50,489 nucleotides of DNA from a virus (lineage: Duplodnaviria > Caudoviricetes): the IMG/VR virus record IMGVR_UViG_3300011339_000406, positions 1-50,489 of that record. The stretch is one strand, 5' to 3'. The notes under the pieces were generated by a model, which saw nothing but the letters and a program-made list of their open reading frames with translations, had not been told where the DNA came from and searched no databases. Of the stretch, positions 28,601 through 36,542 are shown one piece after another. Numbering within the stretch: position 1 is the first letter of the stretch; the number at the start of each line of letters is the position of its first letter. The position numbers were made by a program, and so were the translations under genes.

Positions 28601-31600
28601 GCATCACTTGTTACTCAGCTAGAAAATCTTGGGTGGGTGCCTACGCCAAAAACAGAGGAAAGTAAATCGCTTTCTGATGTTGCACGGGAACTATTTGGTC
28701 AGGGTTACGACTCGTACCTAGCTGGTGTTGGGCGGGTGTTTATGAACCTGCGCTCGGCCCTAGTAGCCGCGCACGGTGACTATGCTAACCTTGCTAACGA
28801 AGTAATCGGTACAAGCATCGACAACGAGTACTACGGGGTAAGCATCAGAGTGCCGTTCCACGGCATGTTCATAAACCCTGCTGTGACTGCGTTGACTGAC
28901 TCTCCAGCGCAGATTGCCTTGTCCCTAATAGGTACGATGGCCCATGAGTTGGCGCACTTCAGAGTGCGTAATCACGGTGCAGACTTTGCTACCGAAATGC
29001 AACGGGTTCTGGTATTGTTAGAGTCGGCACCCAACTCTGACTTGGGGATGCTTAAGAAGTACCTGACCAACCATATTGCTAAGAACCAAAGAATTTTTGA
29101 TTTTTTAAACAAGGAGTTCCGCAGTGGAAATCTCAAACCTCGTGGAAACCGCTTCCAAGACGCTAGCAACCAGCAAATCGGAGATGAAAGCACTGCTCAG
29201 TCAGTGGAAGGCGCTCGCACAGCAGAAGGGTGGCGACCCAGCCTATCTCAAATCTCTGAACCGGGCACTGAAGGTGCTGGAGAACTCGACGACTCTACCG
29301 CAGATGATTCAGACGCTGAAGCGGTCGAACTAGCACTAAGGACTCAAGCCCAAGTTGACCGGGATGTTAAGAAGGCTGCGTATACATTCAACGAGTCCGT
29401 AAAGGGGCATGAGTTTTCTAAGACCATCTCTGCGTTGCAGATGGTGCAAGACCCGCGCAAAGTCCTACCGGCACTACGGGCGTTGTGGAAACGAGCTACT
29501 ACGTCACAGCGCAATGTGTTGGTGTCTTTGCCGACAAACGAATTCTTAGCCGACTGGGCTGGAAACAGCGTACCTGAGCTTACCAATACTGCCAAGCTGA
29601 TGCAGAAGATGTCGGGCATGGCTGAGCGGCTGCTCAAGGCTGCGGGTGAACTGACGGATGAGATTGACCGCACATTCCGCAAAAACCCTGACCTACGTAA
29701 AAAGCTGGACCGCATTACGTTGATGTCTACCCTTGCACAGGTAGACCCAGCAGACCCTAACGTACGGGTAAATTCTGAAGTACTTGATAAGCAATGGCGG
29801 GAACTTGGTGATGATGGGCGACGCCTGTACAAGCGCATAAGAGACCACTTCGACACGCTGTCCAAGTACTACACCCAACTGCTAGACGACCAGATTACTA
29901 AGTCCGGTCTTGACATTGCCCAACAAGCAAACCTGATGAAGAAAATCAGGGCCATCTACGAGACGGGTAGCAAAATTGTTCCGTACTTCCCCCTGATGCG
30001 TGATGGGGAATTCTGGCTGGCAATCGGTAAAGGTAATGGCCGTAAGTTCTTCTTGTTCAAGACACTAGAGGAACGCGACAATGCCATGCAAGGCTTTGCG
30101 GATGAGCGCATTGTGCCCCGTAAGCCCAACGAATCAAAGGCTCAGTTTGACAAGCGCAGGGCCGACAACCTCCAAGAGCTACTGGAGGACTACGACTTTG
30201 AGCATGGCAACAACATAAGCACTATGCGCCGTGCTTCCTACGGCAGCAGCCCCATGCTGGGAGAAGTGTTTGCTGCAATTGACTCGGCTAACCTAGAAGA
30301 CATTGATGCGAAGGAAACCATCAAGGACGCTGTGTATCAGGTGTACATCCAGTCCATGCCAGAGCAGAGCTTCCGCAAGATGTTTATGCACAGGAAAGGC
30401 CGTGCAGGTTTCCGTCCTGACATCCTACAAAACACAGCCCACGCCTCGGCACAAATGGCTTCTCAGCTTGCCCGTATCAAGTACGCGCCGTTGTTGCGCA
30501 ACTCATTGTCTGCGGCAAGAGACTCTATCAGCAACCGCCCACGGTATGAGCCGTTTGTGATTGAAATGCAGCGGCGTGTAGCTCTTAACTTGGCCCCAGA
30601 ACGGCAATCAACTGCGGCTAATATCGCAGGGCTATTGAACAAGGCTTCGTTCATCTACTACTTGGGCGGCGCATCTTCTGCATTGCTCCAGCCGCTCAGC
30701 ATTTTCCAAACGGGTATGCCTGTGCTTGCTCGGTACGGTGCGTTTAACGCCTCCATACAAATGGCAAAGATGCTCAAGGTATGGAACAAGGTGGGGGTGT
30801 ACAAACGTAATATTGACGGTACGCACAGTTTTGTGGGGCCGTCTATGGAACACGGGGCATTGACCCCTTTCCAACGTAAGGCATTTAAAGCTGCTGAAGG
30901 ACGCAAGCTATTTGCATCTACTTATGCTAGCGCAGTCTTTGACTACAAGAGCACTCCTACAGAAGAGCTTAGCTCCCCCACAATGAAGTTTGCCAAGGGC
31001 ACGGTAGACACCTTGGTGCTCGGCGGGCTCATGCACTCAACCGAACGCATGTCGCGGGAGTTCATATACTTCTCCTCTATCGACCTGCAAGTAGCTGCGC
31101 TGAAAAAAGCAGAAGAGGATTTAACATCTGAAGAAGCTGAAAAAATCATAGACCAAGCTGTCTACGACACCAACGAAGCCCTCGGCAACTACGGGGAGTA
31201 CAGCCGTCCGTTGTTCATGCGGAGTGTGGGCGGTAAGGTACTGACGCAGTTTATGATGTACCCGCTGCATGTGTCCTTGTTCTTGCTCAAGAACTTCAAG
31301 GAGATGATTAAGCCAATGAACGGACGCACTCGGCAAGAAGCGTTCAAGAAGTTTTTTGGCACCATGCTGTCTACGTATGTACTTGGTGGTTACGTGGCGC
31401 TTCCAATGTTCAGTACCCTCATGGGGTTCATAGGCGCAGCGTTCAATGCTCTTAGGGGCGACGATGACCAAATACCTGATTGGGAACTGTACGTACGTGA
31501 AGTTTTGATACCGGATATGTTTAACCAAGTTACGATTGACGGTAAACCGCTGTCCCAGTATCTTGACCCAGAACTAGCTAAAACTGGGCCCTTGAACTAT

Positions 31601-32293
31601 TTCACCGGGGCAGACTTCTCTGGTCGCACCCAGCTTAACAACATGTGGTTGCGGGACACTAAAGTACACGCGACGTTCAGAGAAGATGCTATGGCGTTTG
31701 CGCTAGAGAAAGCTGGCCCTGCGGCAAATATGCTTGTTGCATACGGAGAAGGTTTTGAAGCTTTGTTTGCAGGAGACTACGGCAAAGCAATGAAGAAGTT
31801 TGCCCCTGCTGGATTCCGCAATTTTTCTACTGCTTATGAGCTATACACCCAAGGCGCTAAAGACAGCAAAGGCAATCAGCTACTTAGCAAGGATGCGTTT
31901 AGTACTGGGGCGTTGATTTTCCAAGCTGTTGGCTTTAGGTCGGATGCACTGGCTAACCTTCAGTACGTCAACTTTACAGTCATGGGCATAAAGCAAAAGA
32001 TAGCCAATGAACGCCAACAGATACTGAATAAGCTAGACCGAGCAGACCGTGAAGGCGATACGGCTGCATATAGCAAGGCCTACAAAGAGATGGAAAAATT
32101 TAATGACAAGCACTATGAACTGGAAGTGCAAATATCACCCGACTCCTTAGCAGAATCGTTAGAGGCACGGCGAAAACAACGTGCAGAAACTTGGCGCGGG
32201 GCTAGGTTGGAAGCTGCGGGAACTTACGACAAGTACTTGTCTGCCTCTAGAAGGAAAGCTGCCGAAGCCGAGGCAGAAGGGCGCAAGAAATAA
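22700..32293 (+). CDS. Giant polyvalent ejection protein (zincin + GHKL ATPase + zincin + PLxRFG-like + helical C-terminus)
   Basis: 3197 aa. HELLH at ~aa1272; KELFQNAFDA ~1458, DNGPGM ~1497, GGLGVAK and GHGT (GHKL boxes); HELAHxxxxxH ~2082; YFPLMRDG ~2431. Last gene of the virion module. Confidence 0.85.
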   Translation: MKFVPLSEVESDVGEAAPAKAFKFVPLDAAPATSSTAAQNLAEAQARQDVASKGPEQVSIPQAELAAAEKNAAALRRELARKGVDVGAPPAIGSSKAGDFLRAQAQGQQPAPAAAVTPAPPSAPVVAPALAPKPVVGGRFGALGVGPAARPAPPQLSALEKAPKVAPVVSETQTALNMAGVSPQYVASLKAEFYQLPPTQRVAALQQAIEANPPNTVKGRAVRAVAAEDEAWKAATSRTSSARLLSPRIEDIAANIQAKYPERPAELVLLDAQRAIDQGRSDVDYDTMQRDVVGEQAAAAAEQQAKELEDAGLARRAGAGALSGAKKSVAGLAQFGADLWGDKEFSQELANTQRIEGAKSAAIPQGEGVFDKSLQGAVTSLATQAPFLVLSALTGSPAPVMAQAGLATFGEKYGEGKAAGLGTAKSAIRAIPMAAAEVFFERFGMTKALGGLKAHIAKYGEDSVYKYVAKAIATELPSEMATTISQYGIDVLPGIGLNKKPSLIDLYQQVEETLRQTVLQAGITAGATVATVKGVQGARATPQAIDAAKERLRETANQIVGIEKTNEILGLREGAYERPGEISPAKLMAEMKRTPFASSSGALNVPSVEKTVAEPRLGDIANTGMQEEEEPGLRSFKNLGVQEEEEPPLFAPPNPVKAEAQRKEAVTALANRIEQEQGIPIEDAERIAANDIAATEAQYRRIAGKGVDLTRMEEIARSHIVAGYPPPVAMEMAAKAVQEERAADALAKETGALDVRKPKSKTSRRGAGVAGEPGVGAPAGPETTTRDGVVSTESDAGLAPTGEAPQPGALTETEGTIDGTETVKTEQTETQGQEKPAAVGKPPKAPKPVKVKEAKGDVHTFEEAQENNALGKPVKTGYNLLINGEKVGTYKTKRQAVAASNLTKAEKTGNAELIAKNKKAYDDAIASTGAGRPPKVYPRQKPPTATAPAVESEEAKAKREMDEARAEAAAQEESDRKKAEDFEASTAPKAEGPITVVETQLLRGDALTGASTKVKLSDGSEHEINRQDSITSMGLPGWHDVNADTINSYLADTKAEAIKELIRRQEKKRGTAKKPKGKKATSASEALETEAKEKLEELEDLLKNYNTNPDVASAKASAQRIYRIANDLGAPKAVRDRAKKILADEIDVKDIVTQNKDAIRTSSAVLPGATPDAKFAEFKNASQAIAHVIKTGTKFQQALGNRLRGFVNGVKFVVVEKDQKVPEGLTGARIAKRWEKSIAMYVENYDTGERTVYVRGASFGNRQGLNNTTVLHELLHAATSRKLDLGLQAIKDGASRSTKLVRDTIKLVELMHSSGRLFNDLIKQGKATESMRLLNAYGDVFSDPKEFLAYGMTDEDMQNFLIQAHGYEEDTPFFTRFVRALRDMFGMGENDTNALSDLIVVSDSILSTRVPVAQRTAGISLSSATTKARPSVNQQRLAKMLGNKLYGSPQDIAKVSIKELFQNAFDAIKEAMEKSGLTLGKVNIKIDDKTRTITVIDNGPGMPTSVMGGQFLQIAGTVKGTDRASGGLGVAKMLFLFENDNLEVVSLRNGVVSRMVTTGDELKAAMAANPVTLFEQLKDFLSPEDIEVIAPAIQASIARMRESGEVVPEIKIETSNDPETVEKYTKTMFPDGHGTAVVVQIPKTYTDTTTGDEKVIDFNKYDLKDIPVLTDSPLFGDIEVTVDLGRSADTLPVGANFPKDKYTSFANVKFNWGVARIYVSKEKPTQGMWDGNTFVLSNGLWQFTNNMKDRPGWDGKQIKRKFYIDVSPASNIKPEDPAYPFELNRQGFSKTAEKDFKKIYNYITAIYGQLDLAQGVKNFGTVQYMNLDGTLSKAEVLEPKTPPTDTAFTLIKPTDKVEIKDGVMYVNNRAVPELTNDDLSKTSVRIDELTIPQDELDPGRVMVHDNTAYAQPDKKSAGEILDEFVGKNPEEFAIQWSSTFDVTGLKVFALDKSGNRATLDKELQGDAASLVTQLENLGWVPTPKTEESKSLSDVARELFGQGYDSYLAGVGRVFMNLRSALVAAHGDYANLANEVIGTSIDNEYYGVSIRVPFHGMFINPAVTALTDSPAQIALSLIGTMAHELAHFRVRNHGADFATEMQRVLVLLESAPNSDLGMLKKYLTNHIAKNQRIFDFLNKEFRSGNLKPRGNRFQDASNQQIGDESTAQSVEGARTAEGWRPSLSQISEPGTEGAGELDDSTADDSDAEAVELALRTQAQVDRDVKKAAYTFNESVKGHEFSKTISALQMVQDPRKVLPALRALWKRATTSQRNVLVSLPTNEFLADWAGNSVPELTNTAKLMQKMSGMAERLLKAAGELTDEIDRTFRKNPDLRKKLDRITLMSTLAQVDPADPNVRVNSEVLDKQWRELGDDGRRLYKRIRDHFDTLSKYYTQLLDDQITKSGLDIAQQANLMKKIRAIYETGSKIVPYFPLMRDGEFWLAIGKGNGRKFFLFKTLEERDNAMQGFADERIVPRKPNESKAQFDKRRADNLQELLEDYDFEHGNNISTMRRASYGSSPMLGEVFAAIDSANLEDIDAKETIKDAVYQVYIQSMPEQSFRKMFMHRKGRAGFRPDILQNTAHASAQMASQLARIKYAPLLRNSLSAARDSISNRPRYEPFVIEMQRRVALNLAPERQSTAANIAGLLNKASFIYYLGGASSALLQPLSIFQTGMPVLARYGAFNASIQMAKMLKVWNKVGVYKRNIDGTHSFVGPSMEHGALTPFQRKAFKAAEGRKLFASTYASAVFDYKSTPTEELSSPTMKFAKGTVDTLVLGGLMHSTERMSREFIYFSSIDLQVAALKKAEEDLTSEEAEKIIDQAVYDTNEALGNYGEYSRPLFMRSVGGKVLTQFMMYPLHVSLFLLKNFKEMIKPMNGRTRQEAFKKFFGTMLSTYVLGGYVALPMFSTLMGFIGAAFNALRGDDDQIPDWELYVREVLIPDMFNQVTIDGKPLSQYLDPELAKTGPLNYFTGADFSGRTQLNNMWLRDTKVHATFREDAMAFALEKAGPAANMLVAYGEGFEALFAGDYGKAMKKFAPAGFRNFSTAYELYTQGAKDSKGNQLLSKDAFSTGALIFQAVGFRSDALANLQYVNFTVMGIKQKIANERQQILNKLDRADREGDTAAYSKAYKEMEKFNDKHYELEVQISPDSLAESLEARRKQRAETWRGARLEAAGTYDKYLSASRRKAAEAEAEGRKK
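24960..25130 (+). CDS. Candidate overprinted small protein (+1 frame), 56 aa
   Basis: AGGAG at 24949-24953, ATG at 24960; MLENLSPKQVEEALAWLASPELEPPQDLKQLHEMEWFLLSRMLDSLLQEKHHSPVH. Confidence 0.6.
   Translation: MLENLSPKQVEEALAWLASPELEPPQDLKQLHEMEWFLLSRMLDSLLQEKHHSPVH
25152..25217 (+). CDS. Candidate overprinted basic peptide (+1 frame), 21 aa
   Basis: AAGGA at 25140-25144, ATG at 25152; MALKPLKPSKQKRKDKKNPPQ. Confidence 0.35.
   Translation: MALKPLKPSKQKRKDKKNPPQ
29124..29333 (+). CDS. Candidate overprinted helical protein (+1 frame), 69 aa
   Basis: T-rich leader, AAGGAG at 29111-29116, GTG at 29124; amphipathic helical sequence. Confidence 0.55.
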   Translation: MEISNLVETASKTLATSKSEMKALLSQWKALAQQKGGDPAYLKSLNRALKVLENSTTLPQMIQTLKRSN

Positions 32294-32319
32294 AAAACCC
32301 CCGGTGTTTAGCCGGGGGT
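32292..32319 (-). terminator. Rho-independent terminator at the convergence of the two arms
   Basis: On the - strand: ACCCCCGGC-TAAAC-ACCGGGGG followed by TTTTTT. Confidence 0.85.
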
Positions 32320-32350
32320 AATGGAAGGACCACTTCCAAGGAGGAGCAAC
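32292..32350 (-). ncRNA. Candidate ~59-nt sRNA with anti-SD 5' end
   Basis: Promoter TTGCGG-17-TACACT at 32385-32357; then GUUGCUCCUCCUU, hairpin UGGAAG/CUUCCA and the terminator. Confidence 0.45.
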
Positions 32351-32364
32351 GCTGTCAGTGTAGC

Positions 32365-32559
32365 TCAAGTTCTCCAGACCCGCAAGCCCTTCACCCCATC
32401 CATGATGACCACCTTGGTGATGGTGGTTATCTTTAGCCGTTTTGTAACTACAGCCAACGTAGCCCGCGCCGCCTTGTGGTCGATGCAGGGGATGAAGAAT
32501 GAATAGCCCTTGCGGAACTTGGACCAGTCAATCCTGTACGCTACTGTCTCGATTTTCAT
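32365..32559 (-). CDS. Small basic hypothetical protein (possible DNA-binding)
   Basis: MKIETVAYRIDWSKF..GYSFFIPC...GLRVWRT; overlaps the end of the primase gene. Confidence 0.7.
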   Translation of the reverse strand: MKIETVAYRIDWSKFRKGYSFFIPCIDHKAARATLAVVTKRLKITTITKVVIMDGVKGLRVWRT

Positions 32560-35380
32560 CTGTGCCCAGTATTGCTTCCACCCGCAGAGTCTCGTCGGCA
32601 GAGGTGTCAAACTTCAGGACGCGCACAGCAGGGGACACAATCTTCATGCCCTTAGACATGCGCTTGTTGGTGGCCTCTAGGAAAATACCCAAGTCGGTTA
32701 GCTTTTTCAGTAGCTCTTTGTAGCCTGTCTGCTGCTTGACGCAGAAAACTTTGAACTGCTTGGCCGAGATGTAGAGGTGCTTGGTATCCGGTTCGTAGCG
32801 TATGAGCAATTCCCCCCGTGGCTCCAGCGTCGGCAGCGCCGACAGATTACTGCGGGAATCGACTTCACCATTGACCACCAGCGTGTTGTAGATGTGCCCG
32901 TTGATGAACTCACCCAACGTAGAGATGGGGGACAGACTAGGGGGCTTTACATCTATGCGCATCTCGCCCAGCATGCCCTTCAACCAGCCGTACACGTTGC
33001 CCATGTGGAAGTCGTGCAGTCCTAGCTCTTTGGCAATCAAGCCACCGGCAATGTTGCATGCCGACTGTGCAGACCAAAAGCGTTCCCGTGAGGTGAACTG
33101 GACTTCCTTGTCGATGCGGGCCTGTACTTTGCGCACAAGGTCTTGGCAGTACTCAAGGTTGTTGACCAAGAAGCTGATGTAGATTTCCCCGGCATGGCCG
33201 TAGTTCTCGTTCAGTTGGTGGTCAAACATCTGCTTGCCGACAGCTACGCCGATTATGTCGTTTGGCTCAATCTTGTACTCCAGCAGACGCACAGACTCAC
33301 CGTCCGGTGTGTTCTTCAACTCACCCAGCTTTTCATAAAAGCTGCAATTAGCCGAGGCCAAGGTCATGTTCTTCCATGAGGTGTTGTTAAGGCGCAGACT
33401 GTTGACGCTACCCCGCATGCGGTTCTTGCCTCGTCCGTGGCTGATGCCGTAGGCCAAGTCGGAGAACTCCGCGCTCGTCATGTTGGTAATCTCGTCGATG
33501 GTGTTGGGCAGGTTGTTCATCACCCCTAGCTGCTGCATCTTGGCGTTCAGTGTGTCCTTCTCGATGCCCATCAATTCTTTAGGCTGGCCGTACACGCTGT
33601 TGCACATACGCAGGATGGTGGACTTCCCTGACCCCGCCATCTCGTAGATGACGTTGATGATTGCCCCATCCAAGCCCGTGAACTTCATCAGCGGCGAACC
33701 GAACGCAGTCAGGGCAGCAAACGCATGCGGCTCCATCCCCGGCAGGGCGTACAGGTTAAACACTTCCTTCCACTTCTCAAAGGAACCCTTGGCATGAATC
33801 TTCTCGGCGAAAAACTCCGTTGCTTCTGACGGCGGGCTATAGAACGTACCGTCCTTGGTAATTTCTTTGTCGCCCATGATGAACTTGCTATCGTTCTCTA
33901 CCCAACCAAATTGTGTTCTCATAATGTCTGCTTTCTTTTCGTACTGCATATTCTTAACAAAAGTCACCACGTAAACAGCTAGGTTCTCGTACTGCTTGTG
34001 GTGGGCCATGACCCCTTGCTGAGCCAATGCTTTGCGTAGCTCGTCCTTGGACGATATGGCTGCGGTGGATATGGAAAATTCTCTGATGCCGTCGTGTGGC
34101 AAGTGCAGCCTAAACAATATGACTTCACCCGCTTGAGGGTCGCGCATACGTTTAACCACGTAGAAATCATGCTCATAGACCATCGTAGGGTCTGCTTCTT
34201 CATCGTCGGCGCGTCTATAGACACCGCCATTCTTCCCGCGAAAAAACGGGAACGGATACTCAGGAATGTTTATGGTTACCTGCTTACCCGCTTCAACCTC
34301 AACAACCACTTCATTGTCTTCATCGTCGGCTTCCTCTATCTCTAGCCCCAACACAATCGGGGACTTAATCTTGCCTTTGTGCACACAGCCATCGCACCCA
34401 CCGGGGTTTTGCTTCTCAAACGTAGTGCAGTGGTGTGGCCCACCTTTGGTCAGCAAGTGGTACACCTTGGCTTCAACCTCGTCAGGGTCGTAGTCAGGAT
34501 ACTGGTCTGACATCTTCTTGGTCGCACTGTCTTTGTCTACGCAGAAAGCTGCAATCGACAGGGCTGAGCGCCACAAAGGTTCCTCAAGGGTTGCTTGGTT
34601 CTCAAAGCAATGAATCAGTTGGTTGCAGCCTTCGCCCTTGGCCGACTTCATCATTATGGTTTTGAACCGCTTGACCTTGTTTGCCATCAACGCTTCCATC
34701 ATCGGGCTCATGGAGCTTGGGATGAAGTCAGGTTTTGCGGGCTTAGGGTCAGGTGCGCCTAGCAACTCTTTCATCTGCGCATATGGGATGCGCACGGTAT
34801 CGGAGTTCAATACCTCTACAGGCATTGGCTCTTCGTTTTTGAAGTTGAATGTGCCGGGTATACGCAGGACTCGTGATGCTTCAAACACCGACGAATCAAC
34901 GATGAGCCCCTTCTCTACACACAACTCCCGTAGCCGACCTGACAGTGGCTCCCAATCTACACGGGACACTGTTTCTTCAAGTAGCCAGTAGGCATGAATC
35001 CCGTAACCGGAACTCACTAGGATTGGCCTTGGTAGGCCCACAGCCTTGCAGAACTTCTGAAACTCAACAAGCCCAGTTTGCTGGTCGATGTAACCCTTAA
35101 CCTTGCCCCGCTCGTCGGGTGCAGCCTTCGTGGGGCCGCAGTCAATGTCCATCCACAGTGCGCGGAAGTAGGTGGCGTTCTCGTGTGTGCGGTTGTTCAG
35201 TGGGCCGTACTTGGCGCACCCAAAATACACATCAGCGTTACGCGCTACAAACTTCCCAACTAGCTCATCAACCTCTTCTCGTGTATCCGCAAACTGCTGG
35301 TCTACGTACTTACCAATCCCCAACACGCAGTACCTTCCCCCTACGGGAAGAACCGCATCCAGCAAGTCGAAGTTGGACAT
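32528..35380 (-). CDS. Primase-helicase (RepB/AEP-like primase + DUF927 helicase)
   Basis: LWMDIDC, SSGYGIHAYWLL and RVLRIPGTFN primase motifs; Cys cluster CTTF...CDGC; Walker A GSGKST; Walker B TIDEIT. Confidence 0.85.
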   Translation of the reverse strand: MSNFDLLDAVLPVGGRYCVLGIGKYVDQQFADTREEVDELVGKFVARNADVYFGCAKYGPLNNRTHENATYFRALWMDIDCGPTKAAPDERGKVKGYIDQQTGLVEFQKFCKAVGLPRPILVSSGYGIHAYWLLEETVSRVDWEPLSGRLRELCVEKGLIVDSSVFEASRVLRIPGTFNFKNEEPMPVEVLNSDTVRIPYAQMKELLGAPDPKPAKPDFIPSSMSPMMEALMANKVKRFKTIMMKSAKGEGCNQLIHCFENQATLEEPLWRSALSIAAFCVDKDSATKKMSDQYPDYDPDEVEAKVYHLLTKGGPHHCTTFEKQNPGGCDGCVHKGKIKSPIVLGLEIEEADDEDNEVVVEVEAGKQVTINIPEYPFPFFRGKNGGVYRRADDEEADPTMVYEHDFYVVKRMRDPQAGEVILFRLHLPHDGIREFSISTAAISSKDELRKALAQQGVMAHHKQYENLAVYVVTFVKNMQYEKKADIMRTQFGWVENDSKFIMGDKEITKDGTFYSPPSEATEFFAEKIHAKGSFEKWKEVFNLYALPGMEPHAFAALTAFGSPLMKFTGLDGAIINVIYEMAGSGKSTILRMCNSVYGQPKELMGIEKDTLNAKMQQLGVMNNLPNTIDEITNMTSAEFSDLAYGISHGRGKNRMRGSVNSLRLNNTSWKNMTLASANCSFYEKLGELKNTPDGESVRLLEYKIEPNDIIGVAVGKQMFDHQLNENYGHAGEIYISFLVNNLEYCQDLVRKVQARIDKEVQFTSRERFWSAQSACNIAGGLIAKELGLHDFHMGNVYGWLKGMLGEMRIDVKPPSLSPISTLGEFINGHIYNTLVVNGEVDSRSNLSALPTLEPRGELLIRYEPDTKHLYISAKQFKVFCVKQQTGYKELLKKLTDLGIFLEATNKRMSKGMKIVSPAVRVLKFDTSADETLRVEAILGTDENRDSSVQD

Positions 35381-35383
35381 GTG

Positions 35384-35623
35384 TTATTTGCGCTTCTTGA
35401 GGTACTCTATGTACTGAATCACACGGGGCTGTAGGTGAATGGTGGGGGTTCTTACCCCCCAAAACCAGTTGTAAATCGTCATCCGACTTACGCTCAGTTC
35501 TTTTGCCAATTCACTTACAGACACCTCATGCTTGATACATAGGCGACCCAAGGCTACGCCCAAAGACTTGATGTTGGCCTTTTTGTTGGCTTCCACCAAG
35601 CTTTGGCTGTAACCATAGCTCAT
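35384..35623 (-). CDS. XRE-type HTH DNA-binding protein
   Basis: SVSELAKELSVSRMTIYNWFWG helix-turn-helix. Confidence 0.8.
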   Translation of the reverse strand: MSYGYSQSLVEANKKANIKSLGVALGRLCIKHEVSVSELAKELSVSRMTIYNWFWGVRTPTIHLQPRVIQYIEYLKKRK

Positions 35624-35625
35624 GC

Positions 35626-36540
35626 TTACTCCTCATCCGACCAAGCTGCCACCACCGAATCCAAGTTTTTCTTGGCAGTGACAGCGGGCTCAGCCGGTTT
35701 CTTGGACTCGCGCTTCTTAGGCTCCTCAAAAGGAGGTTCATCCTCGGCGGCAGCTTTGGCCTTGGGGGGCTCGGCTACACGCACAGGTGCTTCCAGCTTG
35801 GGAGCGCGACCGGACGTATCGGCTTGATACGGGGTCATGGTGACCATCTTCTGCACCGCAGGGTTTGCCGCCACTTTGCTCGTTACAGCATGCTCATGCT
35901 TGTTGATGAACCGCACAGGGGTGAACAGCACCGACTGGTTGTCGTTGTCCTCGTTGAAGCTCATCTGTGTAACCACGTAGTCCAAGCTCTTGCCGTTGTT
36001 AGCAAGGTACTTGGTGTAGCTCTCAAACGGATGGGTGTTGTCACCCACGCTATCACCGAACAGAGACTTGGAAGCCAAGTTCATCTGATAGACCTCGCCC
36101 TCAAGCGAAGTACCAAAGTCCTCTTCCAGCGTCACAGCAATGCGGCGCGAGTAGCGGCATGCCTTGGAGTTGCCCATACCGGAGCCCTTGATGTTCTGCT
36201 GGCACCCATCGCAGCGGTCAGCTTGGGGGTTTGCTGAACCAGCATCAGGCGCAGTGCCATCGTTAGAGAAGCAGTCAGGCGCAGTCGGCTCGGCATCAGG
36301 GCTCCATTGCTTAACGTAGAAGATACGTCCGACTTTGGGTGATGCGTTGACCACGATGACATTGAGGTCACCCTTGACTTTACCCATCTCTTCGCCGCCG
36401 ACTACCTTGCGGAAGATGCCGTTTTTCGGCACGATGCGCTTGACACCAGTGCGACCAGCAAGTTGCTTTGTAAGCTCACTGACCCCAGCGGTTTGCAGGA
36501 AGTCGGGGAGGTCTTGATTTAACAAGGCGAGATTACTCAT
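35626..36540 (-). CDS. Putative ssDNA-binding/recombination protein
   Basis: PDCFS.DG...CDGC.QN.KGS...KACRYSRRIAV; flexible tail ending in acidic WSDEE; replication context. Confidence 0.55.
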   Translation of the reverse strand: MSNLALLNQDLPDFLQTAGVSELTKQLAGRTGVKRIVPKNGIFRKVVGGEEMGKVKGDLNVIVVNASPKVGRIFYVKQWSPDAEPTAPDCFSNDGTAPDAGSANPQADRCDGCQQNIKGSGMGNSKACRYSRRIAVTLEEDFGTSLEGEVYQMNLASKSLFGDSVGDNTHPFESYTKYLANNGKSLDYVVTQMSFNEDNDNQSVLFTPVRFINKHEHAVTSKVAANPAVQKMVTMTPYQADTSGRAPKLEAPVRVAEPPKAKAAAEDEPPFEEPKKRESKKPAEPAVTAKKNLDSVVAAWSDEE

Positions 36541-36542
36541 TT

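Noticed and set aside
32321-32506. Plus-strand ORF or SD (AAGGAGGAG) after the giant gene
   Set aside because: The SD is followed only by GTG-TAG, and the listed ORF is antisense to a credible gene. The minus-strand reading explains the sequence better.
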